In this document: positions 15,245 to 28,850 of the stretch, in pieces
Layout of the letters: each line of letters opens with the position of its first letter
How positions within the stretch are numbered: position 1 is the first letter of the stretch
Assembly (NCBI GenBank): GCA_000165425.1
Contig: CT868196.1
Span: 186,001 to 250,000 of the forward strand
Direction of reading: 5' to 3'
Length of the DNA stretch: 64,000 bases
DNA from: Paramecium tetraurelia
Taxonomy: Eukaryota
The notes under the pieces: model-generated
Told to the model about the DNA's origin: nothing
What the model saw: the letters and a program-made list of their open reading frames with translations, nothing else
The model's database searches: none
Translations under genes and position numbers: made by a program

Positions 15245-16311
15245 ATGGCTCAGCAACAACGAAATGAAACGATAGTACCTATTTTAGTAACTTAAGATGA
15301 ATATAATGAAATTATGAAATAACCAGATTATATACAATAACAACTCTTATAATAATTGCAACAGAAAAAGTAGGAATAATAATCATAAATATATCAGCAT
15401 CCTTACTTACAATATCAAAATTAATAAGAAAATAGTAATAGGGGAATCCCTCCTATCCCTTAACACCCCAACGATAAGACATATTAATAATAACAATACT
15501 ATTAATACACTCCTCAGCAATAGCTTCTTTAATAGTATAATCAAAATTTAAATTAAAATTTAATATAAAAAGAAATCATAAACTTGTAACATAAAGAAAT
15601 TGAAGTTGCTGGTGAACATGAAGTCAACTACTTTAATCAAAACCTCGCCAAGTTTTTTTCGTTGGAATTAGCAATCTCTTTAGTGTTCAATTTTATATCA
15701 GCAATATTTCGAATGAAGATTATTAATAGTTATTGGCATTGGAGTTGCGGATTATGGATTGTCTTAATTTCATATGTTCTCCTGAATTTTTTCATTTTAA
15801 CCAATCCAAAGCTAATTCTATAAGTATTTATTTGTAGTAACTATTAGAACAATCGTTAAAAGTCCATTTATGTTGTTCATGTAGTTTTATATTCCTTGTT
15901 GATGTAAGGATTGTAAACAGCAATATAAGGTTATGAATACTTCAGATGGAACTATTTCTTTTTCTTTTATTTCATGATAGCTGCTTGTCTAATTTCAGTA
16001 GGAATGACAATATCAAAAAAGGGGATTAAACTTGCTTAGCCAGTTTATCTACCAGCTGCAGTTGTTCCTGTGTGCTTTGTTTTCCTACTCCAATTCTTCA
16101 TTTCATATAAATTTTATTGGCCACTTCTTTTATGGGGAATTGTTGTAGTGATTCTTGCATAAGGAATATTATTGCTTTTTAAAAGAATAAATAAAATTGG
16201 ATATGTAATACTTATTTTAATTTTTAGAGCAAACACCAGACCAGTGATTTTTATGCGATGGCATCTGTTATGCACATTCTAATGATCAGTCCATTTTATG
16301 ATAATGAATGA
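15245..16311 (+). CDS. Tandem divergent paralog of the preceding Gln-rich multi-pass membrane protein
   Basis: Poly-Q N-terminus, about 7 hydrophobic segments, last intron in equivalent position, ends SDFYAMASVMHILMISPFYDNE*. Confidence 0.78.
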
Positions 16312-16416
16312 TTATAAATTAAATTGATAACGAATAATAATTTATTATAATAATTATACCAGTAATGATATCATCAATTCTGTGAGATCATATATAAATC
16401 ATAATTATACAATCAA

Positions 16417-16893
16417 TCAACATGAATCAGCAGCTAAAGAGTAAACACGTCTTCTTGAATCAAATTCAAACTATTAATTAGAATTTCGAGACAATGAATC
16501 AGTGTCCTCATTTGCTCTCATTTCTTTCGGGTCTATGTTTCTTGGGAAATTCGATTTTACGAACTTGAATCTCTTTGGTCTTTTATTTTTATATGAATTA
16601 CTAAGGCTGTCGTCGAAATCTCTAGGACTTAGATCCTAAATAATAATTATTAATTAGGCATCTTACATTTATTGTTTCAAGGCTATTTTCGATGTAACTT
16701 ACATTGTGTTCTCCTCTTAGTTCTTATAATAGTTTTTCAATACGGTGATTTTTACTAATCAACATGTCTAATGATTATTTTAAATTTATCAACCTTTTAT
16801 TTCATTCTTTTATTGAATACAGATGCGATTTTACTTATATAAATTGTATGTGATGTATAGAATCTTGCCTTCAATTGTCTCAAATTGATCCAT
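16417..16893 (-). CDS. Small hypothetical protein, 2 introns
   Basis: MDQFETIEGKILYITYNLYKQNRICIQQKNEIKDMLISK...SRRRVYSLAADSC*; canonical tiny introns restore the frame. Confidence 0.78.
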
Positions 16894-19162
16894 GATTTTA
16901 TTAATAATAATATTAGTAAGTTTAGAAATAATAATTCAAAGTGATTTTATGTAATAATCAATAATCTTTTATAAAACCATATTTAAGGTTGTTTATCCAT
17001 ATTAATGTCATTCTAATTTCCTAGTATTTTAGAATAATCAATTTCTCAATGATTTCCAGCTTTAATTTGCATAATTATCTCATCTTCCTTAAGAAAATGT
17101 GATTTCTATTTTTGAAGTTTACTATTCCAATTCATGAACAACAATATACACACCATACTTTTATTTATCTTACTTTTCACTTTCTGTTCTATTTTCTCAA
17201 TTGCTTATATCTATCAATTGAATAATCAACTGAATTTAATCTCAAAGTCATTTTAAATTATATGTTCTAAATAAAAATATTATAATGTAGAAATTTTAAT
17301 TATTAAATCTAAGTTATCTTATTCTTATATTACAATTTCAGCGACCTTAATCTTAATTGAATTGCACTTTCTTTAAAATCTCAATATAATGCTATCGTCT
17401 GCTTGAGCAAATTTGATATCCTTTTAATGATTTTTTTCTAATTTATTTTCTACATTATTCTGATACTAGAAGAAGCAAATATTAACCTGTTTAGATATAG
17501 TTTTAAAATTAGGTATGCTAAACCTACCAAATGAGACATAGTTTAATTGATTTTTTCATAAATTTAATTATTTGTAAAACTCTGTTCAAAAAGTATTAAG
17601 GGGTGGGGGAGAAGAAAAAAACAATTAAATTTTTGAATTTCCATGCTTTTCGCACTTTGGCATTTCTTCCAAAAGTAGTAATTATTAAAAAATATCATCG
17701 ATAGTTAATTCTGTAAATGTAGATCTATATTTTACAATAAATCTATAAAAATCATATAATTAACTCCAACTAGATTATAAAAATTTAGGAAGCTAATGAT
17801 CTAATAGGATCTGTGATTCTCGCTTATTCATTGAATATTGAACAATAAAAGAAATGTATTTCTACAGATTTAATCTATTACTTCTCTAATACCTTGAGAT
17901 TGTTGAATATACAATACCTTTTAGGAAATGGTTACATGATTAAGATTAAAATGATTTATTGTTTAATATAAATAGATATAATAGATACTCATTCAGACCC
18001 TATTTTTTAATTAAAAAATCTTAGTCTTTAGATATTCCATTAATATTTTATAATAATTCTATTGTTGTTTTGAGTTTCTTAAGATAAAGAATCTGTTTAG
18101 GAATATGATTCTTCAATTTTATAAATAAACTTGAATTCGAAAGCAAAATTATTATTAAAATAGTTCGCATAATACATAGATACAATAAATAAATTGATCG
18201 CAATAAACTTTTATTAGTCTTCAGACCCTTACTTATTTTGAATTAGATTTTCATTAATTAGATTTGTTAAATAACTTATTTTATGAATAGAAAAATATTA
18301 TGAAGTTGAGATTGTACTTTTGTTGGGGAATTAGGTAAATAGGGAACTATGTTTGATCCAGCTCTCATTTATTTCATAGTTATGTATAAGAATAATATAA
18401 TAATAAAATTTAATTAATATTTTAAATTTTTAAAGTGGTTGTTAATTTAATTAAAGCTAAAAATAGATTTTTGGTAATGGAATAAATTAAAACATTTGAG
18501 ATTTGAAAATTGTACTTGAATTCTAACTTTCATTTTGAAATACTAAAAAATAAGGAAACATGTATAAAATTATAGAATGAATTTTTCAGTTAATTTAAAA
18601 TTATATAATTGTAATTAACAAACTCTAGAACAACCCAAAAAGAAAATGGACATTCAGTTTTTTTCATTTCATCAACCTAAATATTTAAATATACCATTAA
18701 GATATATCGTTGGAAAAATCTTTAGACCAAATGTGTCCCTGAATTTATCTCCAGTTACAGAAATTAATCTCGGGTCGAATTTTACATTTTTTTTAAGCAA
18801 AGCAAAATTGAGTTATAAACTATATTTATTGTTTGTATGTATTAATACGAGAGAAAGACGTCTTCGATGGAAGTGTCTAAATTTGAAATGTATAAATTAG
18901 ATGAAAATTACCCTTACAATATTATTCAAAGAGAAACAAATAATTAAACTTACTTATAATAGTCCTTTGAATTTGGTTGCATCTTACTCTAACTCATGAA
19001 GAAAATTTTATTTTTATTAATGAATTTAATACCATATTTTGGGTTTTATCAAAAAATTTAAAAAATGATTTAAATTAATTTTTGTGTTTGCCATTTTGAT
19101 TTACCTGTCGATGTTTATAATCAAAAAGGATATTAAAAGACAAAATTAATAATAATATATAA

Positions 19163-20050
19163 ATGAACAAATCTTTGTTACTTTTCATCGGTCTCTTGGC
19201 AACAACATATGCTGTCACATTTGATACAACAATGCACTGTGCATGTGAAGAATTGAGTTAAACTGAATGTGCTAAGTAAATGGGATATTGTAAATGGTCA
19301 ACTACTTGTGAAACTGTAGAATATACAGCTGCTTCTTGCTCTAGTGTTACTCAAGCCAACTGCACACCAAAATTAACAGGATATTAATGTGCTTGGGAAA
19401 GCTCATCATGTGTTGAGAAATCATACTCATGTGGAGATTTCACAACAGCCGATGATTGCCCCAGATCAATTGATTGCTACTGGAATAAATCAGGAAAATG
19501 TGATTCATTTTCATCATGTGGTGATTATGATGAAACCAATTGTCGTCATTATGGATGTAAATTCACTTCAGGTGCATGCGCTTCATTTACATGCTCTTCA
19601 TACACCACTGAATCAGATTGCAGTGGTTAAGATTCCGAAACTACTCGTTGTGCATGGACAACTGATGGCAAATGCTAAGCTTTGTCTTTGAGCGCATCAT
19701 GCACTGACTTCAGCAACTATAAATCAAGATGTGAAAGCAGCAGCAGCTGTAAATATGCCTCAAATTCATGCTCCTTCAAGACATGCGCTGACTTCACAAA
19801 TGAAAACTAATGCTATGTTGTTAGAGCAAGCCAAACCGAAGTAACATTATGTGCTTGGAGTGGATCAGCCTGTGCTGATGCAGCTGATACAAGCAAATTA
19901 ACATAAGACACTTGCTTCGATGTTTCTTATTAGAATTACAGATGGTCAACTGATAGCAAATGTGTTGAATGCTCTGATTTAGTTTCTGATGACATTTCAA
20001 GCAACGCTGTTATCTTATCTGTTTTTGTTGCACTTGCCTTAATTGCTTGA
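19163..20050 (+). CDS. Cys-rich GPI-anchored surface protein (Paramecium surface-antigen / mini-antigen type), 295 aa, intronless
   Basis: Signal MNKSLLLFIGLLATTYA; periodic CxW repeats (CKW, CAW, CYW); GPI-type tail SSNAVILSVFVALALIA*. Confidence 0.92.
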
Positions 20051-21150
20051 GAATATAAATATGTTAAAGATTAAATAATTTTCATTTATTTTAATTTCTC
20101 TTCTTTATGTAATTTTCATAAAAAAATGAGAATTAATCTAGGCTTATAAACTATTCTTTTTAATTGAGAATCTCACTAATTTATCAAGAAATCAATGTTT
20201 TTCAATATCTTATTTAACTATAATTTAAACAGATTCAGAAAAACTACATCCAATTGTTTGAACAAGGATTAAAATTGTAACATATAAAATTTGTCCTACT
20301 TTTTCATTTAATGATTAAATTTGTATTTTAGGTTTAGATTTCTGTTTTTCTTCAATAGTAATTCATTATATAAATTAATAATGATATAGAAAAATTTCTT
20401 GTTTTGAAAAAAATTTAGTATTTATTATTAAAATTTATATCAAACTAAAGGTTTGTGAAAACATTATCTTCATTATATTATAAAGATAGTTAATAAATTT
20501 ATTAAAAATATGCCAATTATTTTACTTGAAGTTATTATAAAGAATCTACCAATTTGATATCTAAATGCTGGATTTAATATTTTAATATTACAAATCTAGT
20601 CTCCTTTAGATCAATCTTTGACATAAATTCTTGATTAACATTTTAGTAAAGTGTTTAATTATTAGATGTCTAAACATTTAATTCTCTAAGAATTTACAAA
20701 ATTATAAGGATAGAAAATTTATTAAAAATGCTGATTACAACAAGACAAATTTAAAATAAAATGAAATTATTATTATTTTAAAGATAAAATCTTCAAATTG
20801 ATTAAAAGAGATTAACGATGAAGTATCAAATTAAACTAAATTTAAGATTTCTATATCTTATATTAATTCCAAATTCAAAAATTTCTTACATTTTCTTATT
20901 ATTCAGCACTTATCTAATAAGATATTAGAATAAGTAGAATAAATTGAATGTATCACAATATGAATCATTTAAGTAAGGAAGTCAAGTTTTTTATATAGCA
21001 ATTTTGGATAAATAGGAAATATGGTTTTAGGCTCAAAATTGAAATGGTTTTTATGCTGATTATCTTAATAATGAGAGTTTTTTAAATTTTTGGGTGTAGA
21101 TGTCTGATTAATCTAGAATCCATAAATCGTTAATAATTATTTAAATAAAA

Positions 21151-23724
21151 ATGGAAAGTGTGAATTTTGGTGGTGATAATCCGTAGCCGCGTTTCGGTCA
21201 TACTATATGTGTGATAGCACCTAACAAGATTGCATTATTTGGGGGTAGAAGCAAGTTTACATATTTGTATAGGTGCAGTAGGAGACACAGGACGATATGT
21301 GATCACGGGTGATGTGTATATAGGTGACATGACAACAAAGAAATGGAAGAGAATTGAAGCAAGTGGAAGTGTACCAACAAATAGAGCAGCACATTAAGCG
21401 TTAGCAATAGAATTGAATTAAATGATTATATTTGGAGGAGCTGTAGGCGGAGGAGGATTGGCAGATGACAATTTATATGTATTTGAATTAAGAGATGATA
21501 CTGGAACATGGGTAACAGTGCCAGTCATAGGTACAACACCAGGGAGAAGGTATGGCCATACAATGGTGCTGATTAAACCACACTTGATAGTTTTTGGGGG
21601 TAATACAGGATAAGAACCTGTCAATGATGTTTGGAGTTTTAATTTAGAGAAATCACCATATTCTTGGTAAAAATTGGAGTGCTCTTCTGAATAGCCAAAT
21701 GTAAGAGTGTATCATTCTGCTGCATTATGTACCACAGGATCAGCAAATGGAATGATGGTAGCATTTGGAGGTAGAACCAATGATCAAGGAGCTTTGAATG
21801 ATACTTGGGGATTGAGGAAACATAGAGATGGAAGATGGGATTGGGTGAGAGCTCCATATAGAAATTAAACTGAGTAGCCATTGTAAAGATATCAGCATTC
21901 CACTTTATTTTTGGGAACATTAATGTTGGTTATAGGAGGCAGATCTAATAATGTTGGAGAAACTCTGCCTTTTGAAATTTATGATACTGAAACATCAGAT
22001 TGGTATAAGTTTCAGGCAATCCAAAGATTTAGACATTCCTCTTGGTTGATTGATTAATTTTTGTATTTACATGGAGGATTTGACTCTGATTAACCAAATA
22101 TTCCAACAGAAGGCATTTTAAGATTGAACTTAAATACAAGATTTGCTTAGACTCCTTAATTGTTAAGACAAATGAATACTATTAGGACTGATCAATCATT
22201 CACTTAATCATTCAATCCAAGACCTCCAACTAATTAAGCATAAACTTAAGATTAATTTAGAAGAACAAATTAATAATAGCCTTAAGCTAAAAGTATATAT
22301 TGTTATCAAATTAGATTAAAATACTAATTAACAAGTGCGAGTATCTAGTGCAACTAATAAGAATATCAGATTAGCCAATTAAGCTATAGTTGCTATGACT
22401 TATGGACCAGAGGAAGATATAACAAATTAAGTCAAGAAAGTACCAATTGAAAAATTACAGGATGAACATAAGAAATTGGGAGCTGGATTTCAGGATCCAA
22501 ATTCCCAAAATAAATCCTAATTTTTAGATTAGTTATGTCAACCTTTTGTTTAAAACTTATTGATTCCCAAGGATTACCAATCAATTCCTCCAAACTCTAA
22601 TTTATTAACCGGAATAAGAAAGGAAATGATAATTAAATTATGTGATGAAGTTCAACGAGTTTTAGATAAAGAACCTATAGTATTAAGGTTAAGAAGACCG
22701 ATCAAAATATATGGAAATTTGAATGGCTAATTTTTGGATTTAATGAGATTTTTTGATCACTTCAAAGCTCCCTACGATAACTTATACAATGGAGACATTG
22801 ATTCATAAGATTATTTGTTTCTAGGTGATTATGTAGATAGAGGAACAAGATCTTTAGAGATAGTGTTATTATTATTCACTTTGAAATTAAAATATGCAGA
22901 TCAAATTCATCTGCTTCGAGGACATCATGAAGATGCTAAAGTTAATAAAATTTACGGATTTGCAGATGAATGCTTCATAAAATTTGCAGAGGACATCATG
23001 GATCCTAACAGCATATATTAAAGAATCAATAGAGTTTTTCAATATTTGCCATTAGCAGCTGTGATTGAAGATAAAATCTTATGTGTTCATGGCGGAATAG
23101 GATAGACTATGAGAACTGTAGATGAAATTGAACTTATTTAAAGACCTTTGGAGATTGTGCATGATCCAAAAACCGTAAATGAATTTATTAAATTTTAGTA
23201 TTAATAAAAGATAGCATTAGAATTATTATGGTCAGACCCATGTTTATCTGAGGAAGAATTAGAGAATTAACCGAATCCAGAGAGAGACATATTCTAAAAT
23301 AAATAGATCATTAGGTTTGGAACAAATAGAGTAAGTAAATTCTTATAAGAAAATAATTTGAACATCATCATACGATCACATGAACCAACACTAGAAGGCT
23401 TTGAAAGACAGAATAATAATGTCATTACTGTGTTTTCTTGTCCAGATTATGGTACCAATTCTCAAAACAACAAAGGATGTACCCTATTTTATTAAGACTT
23501 AAGCCATGCTTACTATATCTAAAAGAGGTGAGATCATTCCCAAAGTTATTTTACCTGTAAACTCTACCTCAGAATCACGATGGATAGATCTAGAAGAACC
23601 TATTCAAAGGAAAAAGGGATTCGCCAAATATGTAGTTATAGATAATGATGAATTACAATTAAGGAAAAGATAGTTCACTCCACTCAGATCGAAAAAATCT
23701 TCATCCTAGAAGTAATTCGCATGA
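21151..23724 (+). CDS. Kelch-repeat PPP-family phosphatase (PPKL/BSU1-like), catalytic motifs degenerate
   Basis: Kelch repeats (PRFGHT, GRRYGHT, RVYHSA, RYQHS) followed by PPP domain with GDYVDRG, HGG, LLWSDP, IRSHE; GNLNG and GHHE replace GDxHG and GNHE. Confidence 0.93.
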
Positions 23725-23984
23725 ATTAATTATTAATAATTCAATAAATTTTTGCATATTTTTTCATTATGAGAAATACGAATTATTCAATCTTATCTTA
23801 TGCTTTCTGAATATTGGAAATATATCACTTAGAAATTCACAATTTTATTCTCATAATATTTAGTGGCCACTATTTACTTTAGGGAAAACAAAAGTGCTTC
23901 CTAAACTAGAAATATTAGTTGAGTTCCTTTATTCTATAATTTCTTTAAATCAAAAATAGTATTTATAATTATTATATAAATAAA

Positions 23985-24518
23985 ATGGAAATACCTTTAG
24001 ATCGGCAATAAAGCTTATTATATTAGATAGAGTATACGAAATAGTTTCCCTTATGTGAAAAGCTGGTTTATAGTTTTATAACTATTTTTTATTGCATTTC
24101 TGCGCTCTTTATCATTCAAAATTAGTAAATATAATAACAAACTCAGTTGTATTGATCCCTAATGTTAACATTCCTAAGTATTTGCTGAAACAATAGCATA
24201 CTTATTTGTTGGAGCAATCATTTTAAGATTATTAATTATAATCGTTTTGCTTATATCCTATATGAGTCAGAAAGCATTAGTAACTGTCATAATTCTTGAA
24301 TAGAAATTGAATGAAGCGGAGTTTTTTATAACTATAGTGTAATAATAATGTAATTTAATAGTTTCATGTTCTTTGCGATTATCTTCTATATAGGAGCTGA
24401 GAATTGTCGTAAAATGTAGGTTGGATATGCTTTTGTCTTCATCTTAACTTACGTGATCGTTAGATTGTTGTGTTTACCAAATGGAGTAATCAATTATTTT
24501 GATGGCGAATACTTTTGA
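23985..24518 (+). CDS. Small four-TM hypothetical membrane protein
   Basis: MEIPLDRQQSLLYQ...; four hydrophobic segments; one 23-nt intron; TGA 24516-24518. Confidence 0.72.
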
Positions 24519-25009
24519 ATTAAGTATATTTGATTCCTGATTTATAGAAAATAAACAATAATTTATTTTATCATATTAGGTTTTTATACCAATAAAAATG
24601 AAAATTTAGACTGAGTGCTGAATATTAATAAACAGCAAATCAAATTTAATAGATACACAGTAACTCTATATTCTACTCACACTAATTTGTTATTCAAGTT
24701 CTTATAGAGAAGTGATCATTGTATCATTATTGAAATCTATTTCTCATAATCTAAACAACATTATAGATTTCAAATTGATAATTATTTTTAATTCATGCTG
24801 ATTAATCACCAATCAATTATTGTTATCTGAAAATAAATTCTAACTAAATAGTTTATTAAATATTAACTTGAATTGACATAGATCTACTTGGTTTTTTTAT
24901 TTCTCAAACGATAAGTATGCATTTTGAACTATGCAAATCATTATTAATACGAAAATATGATAAAAGCTATATTTAATTCATATACTATTTATTAATTCTA
25001 AAACAATCC

Positions 25010-27081
25010 TCAATTTCCTTTTAATTCATATATCATTAATTCATCTGTTGTATCACTGCTAAACATTACCATGGTTGTGTATGCTTTAACATTTCCATTT
25101 TATTAATTGAATAATTAAACCTTATGTTTGCCTTAACTCTGTTATACTGATAATTGATGCCCCATTTTAATATCTAAGGAATGCATGGCATAAGGAGCCA
25201 TACTCAAATGATGTTGAGTTGCTATATTATCAGTGAAACTAAAAGTAATCAACCAAATAGGTGGATTAGCTTAAATTAAGAACAAGAATTGTACATTTCT
25301 AATCAGAAACTTCAATCAAAAAACTCTCCATTTAATTGCTTTAAATTTTTCTATTCCCAAATTTTGTGAATACAATGCAATTTCTAAAAATTAAATATTA
25401 ATCTTAAATACTTGTTGAAATCAAACAATTTAACTGAACCTTCAAATGAGACAATTATGCAATGACCTGGCCATTAAGTAGCAATAAAAATTTGACTAAT
25501 AGAACCGAAGAGAGGATCATCCAGACTCTAATCACAAATGAGTATAGGATCTTAAGAAGAACTATATTTAGTAAGTCTCCAAATATTTATTATTGAATCT
25601 TATGAATATGATATAAATTTCTCTCCCTTCTTTAACAATGTCAATCCATTTATCTTACTCAAAGAATTAGTATTGCATGTTCCAATCTTTTGCGAGTATA
25701 TATTGCAAATGTTGACATCTTTATGTACATCGCTAAATGCAATGTGAGTACTATCCTTTAAATCTATGATGCTAATCCCCATTTGCTATATTGGGATCCT
25801 TCTGAAAACTCTAGGTTGAGTTGAAACACTTATATCATCGATATTCCAAACAATAATTTGCAAATCTAAACCCAAAGATACAAACTATCTACTGTTATTC
25901 TCATAGTTATGTATCTTCTCAAGAGAAACTATATTCTAATTGTGGGCTTAGAATGTGGATATCTTTTTATTTGTGGAATCAAACATTCTTAATTAGGAAT
26001 CGTTTTATGAACCAATCGCAAATAATTATTCTGAAATTGATAGTATACAAGTTATTTAAGTTCCTATTGAGAACTTTTTCGTAGGTTTTAAGAAGAAACT
26101 AAAATAAATGAAGTTTTTACTTATCTATATTTCGAGTTGGCAGTTATAATTATAGATTGTTTTCTCCTGTTAAAACCTAAGATAACTCTTTGTTACAACC
26201 AAAAGGAATGTACATTCTGGATGATATGGCAGTATTTAACACAAATCCGGCTTCATTCACTAATGAATCTAAGAAGTTGCTTTGCAGATTTTGTATTTTC
26301 TCATAATTTGGAGGAGAATTAGTCATTTGCATTAAGAATCTTGCTAAAGTTTGCATTTCAGTTAGCATTTATAATGGCGTAACATTACCTTAAGAAAGCA
26401 ATTTACTTTTATTAATATGACTTTTTAAATTTGATAGAAATTATTGGGCTTCTGGTGTACCCAAGGATGCCAACTTGTATTAAAATGTATTTTGATTTGA
26501 ATAATAGAAGTTTTGCCTTGACAAAAGGAAAAACTAATCAATGTTTGCTTTTAGAGTGATAAACGATTATTTGTATTATTCATTAAAACTATCAAGTTTC
26601 TTAATATTTTCTTCTTTTATTGACTGAATTGCTTATATGATTCTTTCTTGTAAATTTGCAATATCCATTACAAAATCATTCTTTAATTATTTATGATAAT
26701 CTTACTTTTTGTCTATTAACCATTTCATCTATTTTTGATAGATGAGAATCTCCTTATTCTAAAATCTACAATAAAGTAATGTTTTCTTTATTTTACATGA
26801 ATTCCTAATATAAAACACTGTTTTAGTTAGCCAATTTAGACATTTCTTCACAAAATTATGCAGTCTTAGATAATACAGAGAATTACAAATGTTTCGACAT
26901 CAATAACCTTTGTTAAATGATCATTATGAAACAACTAAGGATCCTCTGAAGATTAAATAAAAGGTCTCTTATCACATGCTAAATCAGAGCAAACCTTTGT
27001 GATTAATTATTGAGTGAAAGTGTTTTTTAAAGTTGGTAATGGCAAGGGAGCAGATAATTTGTATGCCAAAGATTCTTCCAT
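25010..27081 (-). CDS. Protein with N-terminal helical/coiled-coil region and C-terminal WD40-like beta-propeller
   Basis: MEESLAYKLSAPLP...; repeated beta-rich units (IAIGSQNDSQLRMFD, FISYSQDSIINIWRL, IIVSFEGSVKLFDF, MFSSDTTDELMIYEL*). Confidence 0.8.
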
Positions 27082-27151
27082 GTCAATATATGAATATTCT
27101 AAAAAAATTATTAATAAATTGTATATGCTGTTGTATTTTATATTGATTCTC

Positions 27152-28365
27152 TCATGATTAAAACTATTCATATGTTCTACTGCCTCTGGTTTGACCCATA
27201 GATGAAGTAGTCGTTGTTCCACCAGTTCTTGAAACAACCTTTGATGTCGTGACAACAACTTCCTAAAACTATCACGAAAATAATTACCTTCTTTTACCCT
27301 TTCCTCAAGGCCTCCAACTCAGCCTAGCACATAGTCAATTCTTCTTAGCATTCATTGTAATCATGATTAACTTTTATGAATTTCTATTTCCAGACTTCAA
27401 CTTCAGAAGAAAGGTAAGTGACTTTTTCCTAAACCACAGTCATTCCTTGAGATTCCAATTCTGCATATCTTTACTTCCAATCTTCCAAGTCTCCGTCTTT
27501 AACTTTGCTTGCATATGATAACCTCTCGATTTCTGAAGAAAGCATAGCCACTTTTACCTTAAACTATTAAAATATCTTACTTCTAGATTTCTTATTTTTT
27601 AAATCAAATCTTCATTGTCCCTTCTCAGATCTGCATTTTCTTGTTACAATCTTCTAATCTAATCCTCATAATCTCTGATTTGTTACTCAAATTTGATTCT
27701 CAAATTGTAAAACTCCCTTTCTTTAGCTGCCAAGTCTTCAGTTTATGAACTTCTCAATTAAATTTCTCCTCTCATCGATTATAATTGAAGAGTCAATTAA
27801 TCGTTTTCTGCTCTTAATTATCTTAATTGAGACTCTAACAACTCTACTTTCGAGTTATCTGTCACAATTTTTTCCTTCTCTACGATTTTCTCTACTACTT
27901 AGACTTCCTTTCTCTTCTCTAATTCAGCAATTAAGGATTGCAAATATTCACACTCCAATCTCCATGGTGCTTCAATCTCCTCCTTGGAAACAACTATAAC
28001 ATTCATGCATAATTGTTAGGCAGCCACGCAGTTTTATTATACTGAATAATTGCCTTAATATCCAATCTAAGGTATTGCTGCCATATTAGACACATAGCTT
28101 TAACCGCCTACAAAACCTTGGGTTTGTGTTCTCAATATTTATTGAGATTGCATTCTTGGGTATTATTAGACGCTTCTCTATTCTACTTCTACTGTTCTTG
28201 TCTAAAATATTTAAAAACTTATAATACCTACACTTTTGGAGTCTCACGATTAACAGTCTATTCTACTTTTTCTTAAGTAGTACTTCTGACATTATCCTTT
28301 GTGCCTGAGGTGTATTATCTTGAAGAAGAGGATGTAAAATATTATCTATTTTAGAAATCACTCAT
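27152..28365 (-). CDS. Coiled-coil cortical/cytoskeletal-type protein with 'AMLSxEIERL' repeats
   Basis: S/T/Q-rich head then heptad region with KVAMLSSEIERL-type repeats and WKQRY; several tiny introns. Confidence 0.82.
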
Positions 28366-28850
28366 GATTGCAAATAAAATTTATTTGTATAAAAATTATG
28401 TAAATCATAATTGAATTCATTACCAAAAAATTATATATCAAAAGGTTTAAACTGTTTCTGTTTATTATTTACATTCTTCAAAATTCTAAAATTAATTTCT
28501 AATAAAAGTAATCTCAAAACAAACAAATTAACTACTATATCATTGTTATTATTATTCACTAATTGTTAATTTTGTTAAATAAAATGAGGAACCACATGTT
28601 AGTCTAGTCATTGCATTATTAATTTAAATATTTATTATTTTAATCTTAAAATAATGTAATGTATTTAATATTCTTTAAAAATCAATTATATAGAGCTATT
28701 ATCTTCTATATTGACTATTTCTATTAAACCAAACAACTTATTTTGATTTCTAATATACTCTTAAAAAAGCTTAATGTTCTTAACGTTTTACATATCTATT
28801 TCAACTTAAAAATTATATTAAATCAAAAATAAGTCTATATGAATTTTAAT

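Noticed and set aside
17598..17612. G-rich tract, and isolated CCCCAA words (e.g. near 213), as telomeric or telomerase-RNA signals
   Set aside because: No tandem TT(G/T)GGG arrays and no telomerase RNA template context
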